Origin: Hyphomicrobiaceae bacterium UBA2767 | Lineage (GTDB): Bacteria; Pseudomonadota; Alphaproteobacteria; Rhizobiales; Methyloligellaceae | DNA length: 55,141 nt | Direction: 5' to 3' | Assembly (NCBI GenBank): GCA_002352635.1 | Contig: DEIT01000193.1 | Coordinates: 11,545 to 66,685, forward strand | Shown here: piece by piece, positions 25,373-34,094 of the stretch | Layout of the letters: the number at the start of each line of letters is the position of its first letter | How positions within the stretch are numbered: the stretch's first letter is position 1 | Program-made: the position numbers and the translations under genes | Notes under the pieces: generated by a model | Told to the model about the DNA's origin: nothing | The model's database searches: none | Seen by the model: the letters and a program-made list of their open reading frames with translations, nothing else

Positions 25373-27079
25373 TTGACGGACGACTGGCGTACCAAGACAT
25401 TCTGGGATGCGCTCCAATGGGGTACTCGTGAACATGGTGACAGAGTCGCGATCATCGCGGGGACTCAGCGGACAAGCTTTAGTGAGCTTGCCCAGCGTGC
25501 ACGCGCTCTCGCCAGAGGTTTAATCGAACACGGAGTTCAGCCCGGCGACAATGTCGCATTGTGGTCGCCGGATTGCATCGAGTGGCTTGTAGCCCGGTGG
25601 GCGGTGCCGGCAATGGGTGCCGTCCTCGTGCCCATCAATACGCGGTTTCGCGATGAGGAAATCGGCTTCTTACTTTCACAAAGCCAATCCAAGGCGCTTA
25701 TCGTGTCGACCGGCGCCAAGGGCATCAATTATTTCGATATTCTTGAACAAATAGATCCTGAATTCCGGGGCTACCGTCCGGGTGACTGGGAGAGCGAGGT
25801 GTTTTCGAACCTTTCGCTTGTTGTTGGGATTGGTGATGACCTGCCGACAAGCGTCGTGCGGTTCGCCGATCTCGAGTCCGAAGGACGCACGCTGGCCGAT
25901 TGCGATGGCCTATTCGATGACTGCGCGCAAAAGATCACCGCGACCGATATCGCTCAGATAATGTACACTTCAGGCACAACATCTTTCCCCAAAGGCGCTC
26001 AGGTGCGCCATGGAGCGCTTCTCCAGAATAACTTCAACACGATTGCACGGATGAATCTTGGTCCAGAAGATCGTTATTTGGCGTCTGTGGCGCTTTTTAG
26101 CGCGACGGGTACATCGTTCACATTGTCTCCCTTTCTCGCAGGCGGTGCCATTGTTTTGATGGAAGACGGTTTCAGTGCCCAAAGGTTTTGTGAACTCGTT
26201 GAATCCGAACGCATTACAATGAGTTTTTATGTAGAGCCGATTGTCCGTGACTTGAAAAATTACGCAGGCCTTGCCGACCATGATCTGTCCACGTTGAGAA
26301 CAGGTACGGGGGCACCATTACAAAGTGAAACTTTCCGCTGGCTGGTCGAAGATCTGGGAGTCTCGGACCTGACGAACGTCTATGGTCTTTCGGAAACCTC
26401 CAATGCGACTTGTCGCAGCTTCTGGAACGACCAACTGGAAGACCGCATTGTGACGTGTGGTCATCCAATGCCGAACATTAAAATTCGGATTGCTGATCCC
26501 GAAACAGACAGAGAAATCAGTGGTGACGAAATGGGAGAGATCCAAGTGAACTCATATACGGTCATGCCTGGCTATTACAATATGCCCGATGAGACGGCAG
26601 CGACTATGACGGCGGACGGCTGGCTCAAGACCGGAGATCTCGGCACGATACGCAGCGATGGCCAGCTTATTTTCCGCGGACGCCTCAAGGAAATGATCAA
26701 GCCTGGCGGGTTCAACGTGGCGACGCTCGAAGTCGAGAGTTTCATCAAGAACATTCCCGGTGTGATTGAGGTTGCGATCGTTGGCGTTCCCGACGAACGA
26801 ATGGGCGAAATCGGCTACGCATATGTGGAAACAGCTACCAGCGCCAAGGTAGATGCGGACACCATTGTCAATTACTGCCGTTCGCATATCGCGAGCTACA
26901 AAGTGCCGCGCTACGTGGAGTTCGTGAAAGAGTGGCCGCTCACCGGCAGTGGAAAAATAAAAAAATTATCGCTTAGCGAACAGGCGAGACAACAGATCAG
27001 CGACGGCCAATCCAAGGATACTCACTCGATGGTCGCTGAAAACAGACAATCAACCTTAAAGGAGAAGACAAATGATTGA
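25373..27079 (+). CDS. Acyl-CoA synthetase (ANL superfamily) #4
   Basis: The likely start is TTG 25373, 9 nt after GGGAGG, since no in-frame ATG lies near the N-terminus. Motifs are MYTSGTTSFPKGAQ, VYGLSETS and GSGKIKK. Its stop overlaps the next ATG (27072) by 8 nt. Confidence 0.85.
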   Translation: MTDDWRTKTFWDALQWGTREHGDRVAIIAGTQRTSFSELAQRARALARGLIEHGVQPGDNVALWSPDCIEWLVARWAVPAMGAVLVPINTRFRDEEIGFLLSQSQSKALIVSTGAKGINYFDILEQIDPEFRGYRPGDWESEVFSNLSLVVGIGDDLPTSVVRFADLESEGRTLADCDGLFDDCAQKITATDIAQIMYTSGTTSFPKGAQVRHGALLQNNFNTIARMNLGPEDRYLASVALFSATGTSFTLSPFLAGGAIVLMEDGFSAQRFCELVESERITMSFYVEPIVRDLKNYAGLADHDLSTLRTGTGAPLQSETFRWLVEDLGVSDLTNVYGLSETSNATCRSFWNDQLEDRIVTCGHPMPNIKIRIADPETDREISGDEMGEIQVNSYTVMPGYYNMPDETAATMTADGWLKTGDLGTIRSDGQLIFRGRLKEMIKPGGFNVATLEVESFIKNIPGVIEVAIVGVPDERMGEIGYAYVETATSAKVDADTIVNYCRSHIASYKVPRYVEFVKEWPLTGSGKIKKLSLSEQARQQISDGQSKDTHSMVAENRQSTLKEKTND

Positions 27080-28235
27080 CCCAGTAGAGGCGTTGGAATC
27101 CAAGGAAATTAAAAAGCTTCACGAAATAGCCATTGAGGAGTTCCGCCCGCGCGGTCGCAAATACGATGAAAACGCGGATATGCCTGAGGAGAACATCAAG
27201 TATCTTTTTGAAAATGGCTGGCTCTCGACGACCCTACCGAAGGAAATGGGCGGCAAAGGCAGCAATCTCGATACAGACGATCCCTCAACCTATCTGCAGG
27301 CTTTGCGGGTACTTGCCCGCGGGTGCAGTGGCACAGCGCATTGCTATCAGGTACACAACCATACGGCCTGGGCGTTGCACGACATGGGAACCGAGGATCA
27401 GATCGAGCGCTACATCAAACCGATGTTCGATCGCCCGTTTTTGGCAGCTTTCGTTGGCTCTGAAGCAAAGCGCCGTCATATGTACATGATGAATACGACG
27501 GCAACCAAGACTGATGGCGGCTATATAGTGCGCGGAGAAAAGAACTACGCGACAAACGGTCCGATGATGGGCTTCGCCATTATCTTCACCGCCATAAAGG
27601 GTATAGAGGACTATATGGATAATCATCTCATGGTCATCATCGAGCCCGATATGAAGGGTGTGAGTATGGATCTCGACTGGTACCGGCCAGCGGGTATGCG
27701 TTGTGCCTCAAGTCCAGTAATTACGCTTAACGATGTCCACATCGAAGACCGGAATGTTCTGGGAGAGCCGGGCACATATCCCAAGAGCCGCCTCCAGGGC
27801 AAATATCACCTTGGCTTTACCGCCAACTATCTGGGCACCGCAGAAGGAATGTACGATTGGTACGTGGACTATGTCGGCAAAAGGGGAAAAAGCTCAGATG
27901 GCATTGTACAAATGCGCACTGGCGAAATGAAGATACAACTTCGCGCCGCAGAAGCACTGTTTCACGATGCCATACGCGCCTGGAAGACGAAGAGTGTGGT
28001 TGAAGCTGAGTTGATATCCATAGCCGCCAAATCGGTGGCTGCCCAGGTAGCTTTCGAGTTATCGCACAAGATCATCCACTGTGCGGGCTCAACCGCAATG
28101 TTCGATGAGTTTCCGCTTAACCGGTACATTCGCGATCTTGAGACGCACGTACTGCATGCTGGCCACGACCGCTCGGCACAAATCATTGGCCAGTCGGAGT
28201 TCAGCGAAGATTTCGATTCCACCTTGCAACGGTAA
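27072..28235 (+). CDS. ACAD-fold protein, DszC/SfnB-like (putative flavin-dependent monooxygenase component), paralog 1
   Basis: 387 aa. With ORFs 36121 and 45264 it shares H-C-x-x-[VI]-H-x-H (AHCYQVHNH), KNYATNG, W..AGMRCASSP and a C-terminal R-D-L-E-T-H-V-L-H-A. It has no Y-E-G-T catalytic motif. Confidence 0.6.
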   Translation: MIDPVEALESKEIKKLHEIAIEEFRPRGRKYDENADMPEENIKYLFENGWLSTTLPKEMGGKGSNLDTDDPSTYLQALRVLARGCSGTAHCYQVHNHTAWALHDMGTEDQIERYIKPMFDRPFLAAFVGSEAKRRHMYMMNTTATKTDGGYIVRGEKNYATNGPMMGFAIIFTAIKGIEDYMDNHLMVIIEPDMKGVSMDLDWYRPAGMRCASSPVITLNDVHIEDRNVLGEPGTYPKSRLQGKYHLGFTANYLGTAEGMYDWYVDYVGKRGKSSDGIVQMRTGEMKIQLRAAEALFHDAIRAWKTKSVVEAELISIAAKSVAAQVAFELSHKIIHCAGSTAMFDEFPLNRYIRDLETHVLHAGHDRSAQIIGQSEFSEDFDSTLQR

Positions 28236-28252
28236 GTCGGAGGAATGTCACA

Positions 28253-28690
28253 ATGACACCTTATCCTGCCAGTCCGCGCCGGCTCGAAACAGTCAATGTG
28301 GGGAGCGATTTCAGCTTTGCGAAGCCGCCTGTAACCACTAAGCAGCTTGTTATGTATGCTGGTGCCTCCGGTGACTTCAATCGCATTCATTACGATCATC
28401 ATTTCGCGATTAAGTCAGGGCTTGGCGGGGTTATCCAGCACGGTATGCTGACCATGGGTTTTCTTGCTCAAGCAGTCACCGATTGGGCCGGACCCAAATC
28501 CCTTGTGAAAGACGTTCGGAGCCGGTTTGTCTCACCCGTAAAACCTGGTGACGTCGTAACCATCAAGGGCTCGGTCCAGTCAAAGGGCGACGCCGAAGGT
28601 GAAAAGACATGCTCGCTTTCTCTCGAGGGTTTTGTCGAGGATCGCCGCGTCATAGTAGGTAGTGCAATTGTTGCGTTTGCGGATGCCTGA
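28253..28690 (+). CDS. MaoC-type (R)-specific enoyl-CoA hydratase hotdog domain (catalytic C-terminal type)
   Basis: 145 aa. YAGASGDFNRIHYDHHFAIKSGLGGVIQHGMLTMG contains the hydratase-2 D-x(4)-H motif. Confidence 0.8.
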   Translation: MTPYPASPRRLETVNVGSDFSFAKPPVTTKQLVMYAGASGDFNRIHYDHHFAIKSGLGGVIQHGMLTMGFLAQAVTDWAGPKSLVKDVRSRFVSPVKPGDVVTIKGSVQSKGDAEGEKTCSLSLEGFVEDRRVIVGSAIVAFADA

Positions 28691-29555
28691 AACGCCGGAT
28701 CAAGGGGCAAACGTATACTCGACGGTCAATGACGTCGCAGCCAATGGCAAGGTACAGCGTACCTGCTGGCGGCGCGGCGTTACGGTCTGGCGCGATTGGG
28801 GAGCTGGAAGGCCGGTCATCCTGCTGCATGGGGGCTTCGGCTCATGGACTCATTGGGTGCGAACCGTGCCCGCCATATCTACCGACCGCCGTGTACTGGT
28901 TCCCGACATGCCCGGTTTCGGCGATTCCGACGATCCGGTTATGGAGAATGCCCTGGAAGCCATCTCCCGCGCTCTACTGGCAGGGCTTGAGAAGCTAATA
29001 GACATCGAAGCGGGTATAGATATCGTCAGTTTTTCTTTCGGGACTGTTGTGGGAGGTGCGCTCGCGCAGCTTGTGAATGAGCGATATCCGGCGGCCGTGA
29101 AGAATTTTGTTCTTGTTGCGCCGGCAGGGCTTGGCATTACGACAAGGGTCTTTGATGATCTCGCGTTCATAAGGCCAGGCATGACTCAAGTGGAATTGCG
29201 CAACCTTCACCGCAATAACCTCGGCATTGTCATGTTGGCGGACAAATCGAAGATTGCCGATGAGACGATTGATATCCAGATCGCGAATACGCAGCGGAAT
29301 AGGATATCCGCTAAGCCCTACACCCGCGGTGACGTGGTTCTGGCTGCGTGCCGCAGCGTTCCAATGGAAAACCTGGATGTAATCCTGGGAGCACGGGACG
29401 AGTATGTGGCACGCAACGAACCGGAATACAGCGCGGCGCTTGCCAAGCTGCATCCAAAGGCTCGAATACATTGCATCGAAGGTGGCGGCCATTGGGTGCA
29501 GTATGAAAAAGCCGACGCATTCAATGCTCTTCTTCGTCAATGTCTGGATAATTGA
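28683..29555 (+). CDS. Alpha/beta-fold hydrolase #2 (paralog of 7002-7850)
   Basis: ATG 28683 overlaps the MaoC stop by 8 nt. VILLHGGFGSWTHWVRTV...PDMPGFGDSD, the elbow VSFSFG and the C-terminal GGGHW are collinear with hydrolase #1. Confidence 0.8.
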   Translation: MPETPDQGANVYSTVNDVAANGKVQRTCWRRGVTVWRDWGAGRPVILLHGGFGSWTHWVRTVPAISTDRRVLVPDMPGFGDSDDPVMENALEAISRALLAGLEKLIDIEAGIDIVSFSFGTVVGGALAQLVNERYPAAVKNFVLVAPAGLGITTRVFDDLAFIRPGMTQVELRNLHRNNLGIVMLADKSKIADETIDIQIANTQRNRISAKPYTRGDVVLAACRSVPMENLDVILGARDEYVARNEPEYSAALAKLHPKARIHCIEGGGHWVQYEKADAFNALLRQCLDN

Positions 29556-29557
29556 TT

Positions 29558-30922
29558 ATGATAAAAAAAGTCCTGATCGCAAATCGCGGTGAAATTGCCT
29601 ACCGTATCATGAAGACCTGCCGTGCCATGGGAATTGCCACAGTGGCGGTATATTCCGAGGCCGATGCTTCCGCCCTGCACGTGTCGGAAGCCGACGAAGC
29701 TGTCGAAATTGGACCCGCGCCAGCGGTTCAAAGCTACCTCAAAACTGAAGCGATCCTGGCTGCAGCCCAGAGCACTGGCGCGGAGGGTATCCATCCTGGC
29801 TACGGTTTTCTTTCTGAAAATGCGGCATTTGCTGCTGCAGTTGAAGATGCCGGACTGATCTGGATTGGACCCAAGGCGGAATCTATCCGGGACATGGGCG
29901 ACAAGCAGCGCGCGCGGTCTTTGGCGGAGGCGGCCGGCGTTCCGGTGTTGCCGGGGAGTCAGGGTTTCAAACCGGGTGATGTCGAGGCTTTGCTCGGCAC
30001 TGGCAACAAGGTTGGCTTCCCACTGCTGGTCAAGGCAGCGGGGGGAGGGGGCGGTATCGGTATGCGCCAGGTCCTGGCGTCGTCTGATTTGGCGGAAGCG
30101 GTCATGGCAGCTCAAAGCCAGGCCTCCAGAAGCTTTGGCGACGATGCTGTTTATCTTGAACGCTTTGTGTCGCGCGCACGCCACGTAGAAGTGCAGATTT
30201 TTGGATTTGGTGATGGTGAAGTTATCGCCTTTCCAGAGAGGGATTGTTCAATTCAACGGCGTTTTCAGAAGATTATTGAAGAAACACCGGCGCCTAATCT
30301 GGAAGATGATGTTCGCAGCGCCATGGCGGACGCGGCACTCACTCTTGCGCGCCAGGAAAAGTTTCGCAGCGCGGGAACGGTCGAGTTCATTCTCGATATG
30401 GAAACTTCCGAATTCTATTTTCTTGAAATGAACACGCGCATCCAGGTTGAGCATCCCGTGACAGAACTTGTCACCGGTCTCGATCTGGTTTCGCTGCAAT
30501 TGCAGCTCGCTTCGGGGGAGCCGCTGGACGATCTTCTTTCATGCTCCAACGATGCTCAGGGGCACGCGATCGAAGCACGCATCTATGCTGAAGACCCGCA
30601 AAAGAAATTTCTGCCCCGTCCGGGCACACTGACACGGCTGGTGCTACCCGAAGAGAGAGACGGGATTCGGGTTGATTCCGGAGTGCGTGAAGGCGACAAG
30701 ATAACCCCATTCTATGACCCGATGATTGCAAAGATCTGTGCCCATGGCGCCGATCGGGAGACAGCGACAAGCAAGATTATTTCTGCCCTGGAATCTACGA
30801 AGATCGAGGGCGTGCCGACAAATACGCAATTCCTGGCCGCGATATTCTCCCATGAGGCCAACAGGCGCGGTGCAGTTTCCACCAACTTTATTTCCGATTA
30901 TTCTGATGAGCTAACGGCTTGA
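29558..30922 (+). CDS. Biotin carboxylase (AccC-like, ATP-grasp), no BCCP or CT domain
   Basis: MIKKVLIANRGEIAYRIMKTCRAMGI...HPGYGFLSEN...KAAGGGGGIGM...EMNTRIQVEHPVTE. The protein ends after the BC C-domain (454 aa). It starts 2 nt after the hydrolase stop. Confidence 0.9.
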   Translation: MIKKVLIANRGEIAYRIMKTCRAMGIATVAVYSEADASALHVSEADEAVEIGPAPAVQSYLKTEAILAAAQSTGAEGIHPGYGFLSENAAFAAAVEDAGLIWIGPKAESIRDMGDKQRARSLAEAAGVPVLPGSQGFKPGDVEALLGTGNKVGFPLLVKAAGGGGGIGMRQVLASSDLAEAVMAAQSQASRSFGDDAVYLERFVSRARHVEVQIFGFGDGEVIAFPERDCSIQRRFQKIIEETPAPNLEDDVRSAMADAALTLARQEKFRSAGTVEFILDMETSEFYFLEMNTRIQVEHPVTELVTGLDLVSLQLQLASGEPLDDLLSCSNDAQGHAIEARIYAEDPQKKFLPRPGTLTRLVLPEERDGIRVDSGVREGDKITPFYDPMIAKICAHGADRETATSKIISALESTKIEGVPTNTQFLAAIFSHEANRRGAVSTNFISDYSDELTA

Positions 30923-30934
30923 AGGCGTGCATTG

Positions 30935-31573
30935 ATGCCAGTTTTACAGAAGGTGAAAATTAGAGCGAAGGTCGATATACCAATCGGGCGGGCGCCCGTT
31001 ATCGGTACATTCGTTACTTTCGATGGCCTGCTGGGCAATATTCCGCATTTCGCCGTGGCGTTCGGCTCCACCCCGAGCAATATCGCACCACTTGTTCGAA
31101 TTCATTCCGAATGCATCACCGGAGATGTTTTTGGGTCCCTGCGCTGCGATTGCGGACAGCAGCTGCAAGAAGCAATAAAGCAGATGTCCGAAGATTCAGG
31201 TTACATCATCTATCTGAGGCAAGAAGGGCGCGGCATCGGGTTAACTGCGAAGCTGGACGCATACCTCTTGCAGGAGCAGGGCCTTGACACCTATGCCGCT
31301 AACCGCCATCTGCAGATGCCAGAGGACAACCGTGAATATTTGGAGGCAGGCCTTATGCTTGACGCACTCGGAGTTTCCAAGGTGCGACTCGCGACGAACA
31401 ATTTAGACAAAGTATCTCAACTGAATCTCGCCGGAGTCGAGGTTGTCGAACGTGTGCCGACCAAAATCTTCGTGACAGAGCACAACAAGCGTTACCTGGC
31501 GGCTAAATCGCAATCTGGTCGCCACGCCTTTACTCTAAGCGACACCTCATCGAGCCCGCGAAAAAATAATTAA
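30935..31573 (+). CDS. ribA: GTP cyclohydrolase II
   Basis: [23 protein letters not shown] (Zn-ligand Cys triad), [11 protein letters not shown] and NNLDKV match RibA throughout. It starts 12 nt after the biotin carboxylase stop. Confidence 0.9.
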   Translation: [212 protein letters not shown]

Positions 31574-31619
31574 TCCGTTCAAACTGTACTGATGAACGAG
31601 CTGGACGCGAGATTTACAG

Positions 31620-32465
31620 CTATAGTCTGTTGTAAGGACTGCTCCCGCATCGCTTGAGAATTTCAATGGGGGTTTCGAGGACGATCGCTTTGTAGAGGTC
31701 CTCGCTCAAACCCAACTCGCCAAGTTCGCTGAATTGCGCCGCAAGGTCGAAGAAAGGTGCTGTCGAGCCCCAGACTATCTTTTTTTTCAGCGGGCCCTGC
31801 GCGTATTTAAGCAGCACTTCCCAGCCTGACCCTTGAACCCCGTAGTATTTTGTGCGCTGGCCGGAGAGTTCAATGAACACGTTAGCGTGGCGCATTGCGA
31901 TTGACGTCATGTCGCCCACCCAGGGCCACCCTCCGTGACTCGCTACAATCACCAGCTGGGGAAAATCGATGGCCACTTGATCAAGATGGCAAGGGTGTCC
32001 AAGATTCATTGGACAATTGGAACTGAGCTGCGTGGAGGCATGGATAATGACGCCAAGGCCAAGCTCGCAACATTTCCCATATACCGGATAGTACTGACGG
32101 TCGCTCGCGGGCAGGCCCTCGCGGTATGGCGTCAGGCCGATCAAGCGCAAACCCATGTCGCACGCCTGATGCACTGTCTCAACCGCGTCCATGCAGGGCG
32201 ATGGTGAAATGTCTGCTATGCCAATGAAACGATCCGACTCACTGACAAGCGCTGCCAACTCCTCAAGCGGAGCGCCCGCACCCGTGACAACCTGCTGAGA
32301 TATCCCAAGCTCATCCAGGAGTTCGATATGTCCTTGGACAGAGGAACTCTTTCCATCGGACGTGAACGAGCGGAAATGCTTCGCGTAGGCACCGCGCTCT
32401 GCCAGCTTTTCCCGCGTGGCTTCGAGTGGCGCGAAGGCTCTGAAATCAATGCTCGTATGGTTCAT
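31620..32465 (-). CDS. Amidohydrolase-2 family (ACMSD-like metal-dependent hydrolase/decarboxylase TIM barrel)
   Basis: 281 aa. GVIIHAS...LGHPCHLDQVAIDFPQLVIVASHGGWPW...IVWGSTAPF fits the PF04909-type pattern. Its ATG directly abuts the rhodanese stop. Confidence 0.7.
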   Translation of the reverse strand: MNHTSIDFRAFAPLEATREKLAERGAYAKHFRSFTSDGKSSSVQGHIELLDELGISQQVVTGAGAPLEELAALVSESDRFIGIADISPSPCMDAVETVHQACDMGLRLIGLTPYREGLPASDRQYYPVYGKCCELGLGVIIHASTQLSSNCPMNLGHPCHLDQVAIDFPQLVIVASHGGWPWVGDMTSIAMRHANVFIELSGQRTKYYGVQGSGWEVLLKYAQGPLKKKIVWGSTAPFFDLAAQFSELGELGLSEDLYKAIVLETPIEILKRCGSSPYNRL

Positions 32466-34094
32466 TTAATCGTGACCATCTTTCTTGACGAGCTTTTCCT
32501 CCCAATCCAGATACTGCTGCATACCTTCTTGCCCCCTGGCGAAGGGTGGCAACACGAGGTCATCCGCTTCGGTCGGTCGAACGACACCTGTCTCGACAGA
32601 CAGTCCAGATTTTCTCCATGCTGTTAGTCCACCCTCCAGGAGGAAAGTGTTCGAGTATCCCAGTCCGACCAGGGTCGCATTCGCGAGGCAGGATTGACTC
32701 CCGCTGCGGCAGGTCACGAGGATAGCCGTAGTTTTACTGGCCGCTACGTTGCCGATGCGCTGCTCCAATGATCCGCGCGGCAGCCAGGTAGAGCCGGCGA
32801 TATGTCCAGATGAGAAGTTCTTGCTGTGGTCGACGTTGATGACGGTCATCTCTGGAGTTTCCGCCAATTGTTGTTGTGCCTTCTCCGGGGTCAAATGACG
32901 GCTGGTAGCCTTGGCCTCGTCCAGCCCCAGTGGGGCGGGGCGGCCGCGGCCTTTGTCAAGGCAGTTACCCGCTTCAACCCAGCCGTTCACACCTCCGCTC
33001 AGGATATGAACGTTCGGATACCCCATCCGGAGGAAATAGGAAGCCGTAACTATGGCGCGGCCTTCCCGGTCATCGATAAATACGATTGGCGCCATTTTGA
33101 CGGCGACGAAATCATCGGCCCGCTGTACCGCCTGACCGCCCGGTAAAGCCATGGTTCCGGGAATGTGGCCGGCCTGATAGTCCGCGAGAGGTCGTATGTC
33201 GAACACATAGGCATTGCTGTCGCCTCGTTTTCGCGCTTCGATTGCATCCATCAGAGCTTGCCTATCCATTGACGGAATGTTGGCATTTGCCGCGATTTTG
33301 GCGGCACGGTCCTCAAATACTTTGATGCTTTCACCTGACGGGTTGAAAGGTTCCGCCGAACCGAATTCGTCCAACTTATGTCCAGCCAGGATCCAGCCCA
33401 TTGTCCCGTTTTTCAGGGCGTAGACATTTTCGAGCCCAAGTTCACGAAGCGCTTGGCAGGCGATGATTGAGCGCGTCCGCCCGGCGCAATGGACAATAAT
33501 TGGCACATCGGCTTTCTCGAAGTCGCCGAGCGAGCGAGCTACATCGAAGCTGGGGGCCGGTCGTGAGTCTGGAATATGAGCGGCCTCATGTTCTTCCGGT
33601 GTCCGGATGTCACAGATCAGCATCGCTTTGCCCGAGTCACGCCAGGAGGCCAACTCTTCCGCTGTCAAATCCGGCACATTTTTTGAAGCGTGGAGGTTCT
33701 CGCCAAATAGTTTGCATGGCACGTTGGAGCCTTCGACCAGCGTATGCCCGGCCTCGCGCCATGCTGCGGCGCCACCGGACAGTACAAGCACATTCTTGTA
33801 TCCGAAGCCTCTTAGTGTCTGCAGGGCTAATCCCGCACGGTCGTCATCAGTGCCATTGTCGTACAGAACGATCAGGGTGCTTGGGTCCGGCACCAGTTCC
33901 GCGATGCGAAATTCGACAAGTCGCCGCGGCAGAAAAGTGGTCCCGCTTACATGTCCCTTTTCGGCCTCGCCAGCCTCGCGCACGTCAAACAAGGCATATT
34001 CGCTGTTCGACGACCTCAGCTTTTCCAGCTCAGGCACGGAAATAGCGTCGTTTGTGCTCGCAGGCCCTGCTTTCGAATCTGGTTGCCCCGTCAT
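32466..34094 (-). CDS. Four-domain rhodanese protein #2 (two catalytic Cys)
   Basis: 542 aa. The active-site loops read LYDNGTDD (Asp), VHCAGRTRS (Cys), FIDDREGR (Asp) and VTCRSGSQS (Cys). The C-terminal motif is YLDWEEKLVKK. The ATG shares a base with the upstream ligase TAA. Confidence 0.85.
   Translation of the reverse strand: MTGQPDSKAGPASTNDAISVPELEKLRSSNSEYALFDVREAGEAEKGHVSGTTFLPRRLVEFRIAELVPDPSTLIVLYDNGTDDDRAGLALQTLRGFGYKNVLVLSGGAAAWREAGHTLVEGSNVPCKLFGENLHASKNVPDLTAEELASWRDSGKAMLICDIRTPEEHEAAHIPDSRPAPSFDVARSLGDFEKADVPIIVHCAGRTRSIIACQALRELGLENVYALKNGTMGWILAGHKLDEFGSAEPFNPSGESIKVFEDRAAKIAANANIPSMDRQALMDAIEARKRGDSNAYVFDIRPLADYQAGHIPGTMALPGGQAVQRADDFVAVKMAPIVFIDDREGRAIVTASYFLRMGYPNVHILSGGVNGWVEAGNCLDKGRGRPAPLGLDEAKATSRHLTPEKAQQQLAETPEMTVINVDHSKNFSSGHIAGSTWLPRGSLEQRIGNVAASKTTAILVTCRSGSQSCLANATLVGLGYSNTFLLEGGLTAWRKSGLSVETGVVRPTEADDLVLPPFARGQEGMQQYLDWEEKLVKKDGHD

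Noticed and set aside
28995-30184. Minus-strand ORFs 28995-29540 and 29537-30184
   Set aside because: They are antisense to hydrolase #2 and the biotin carboxylase.
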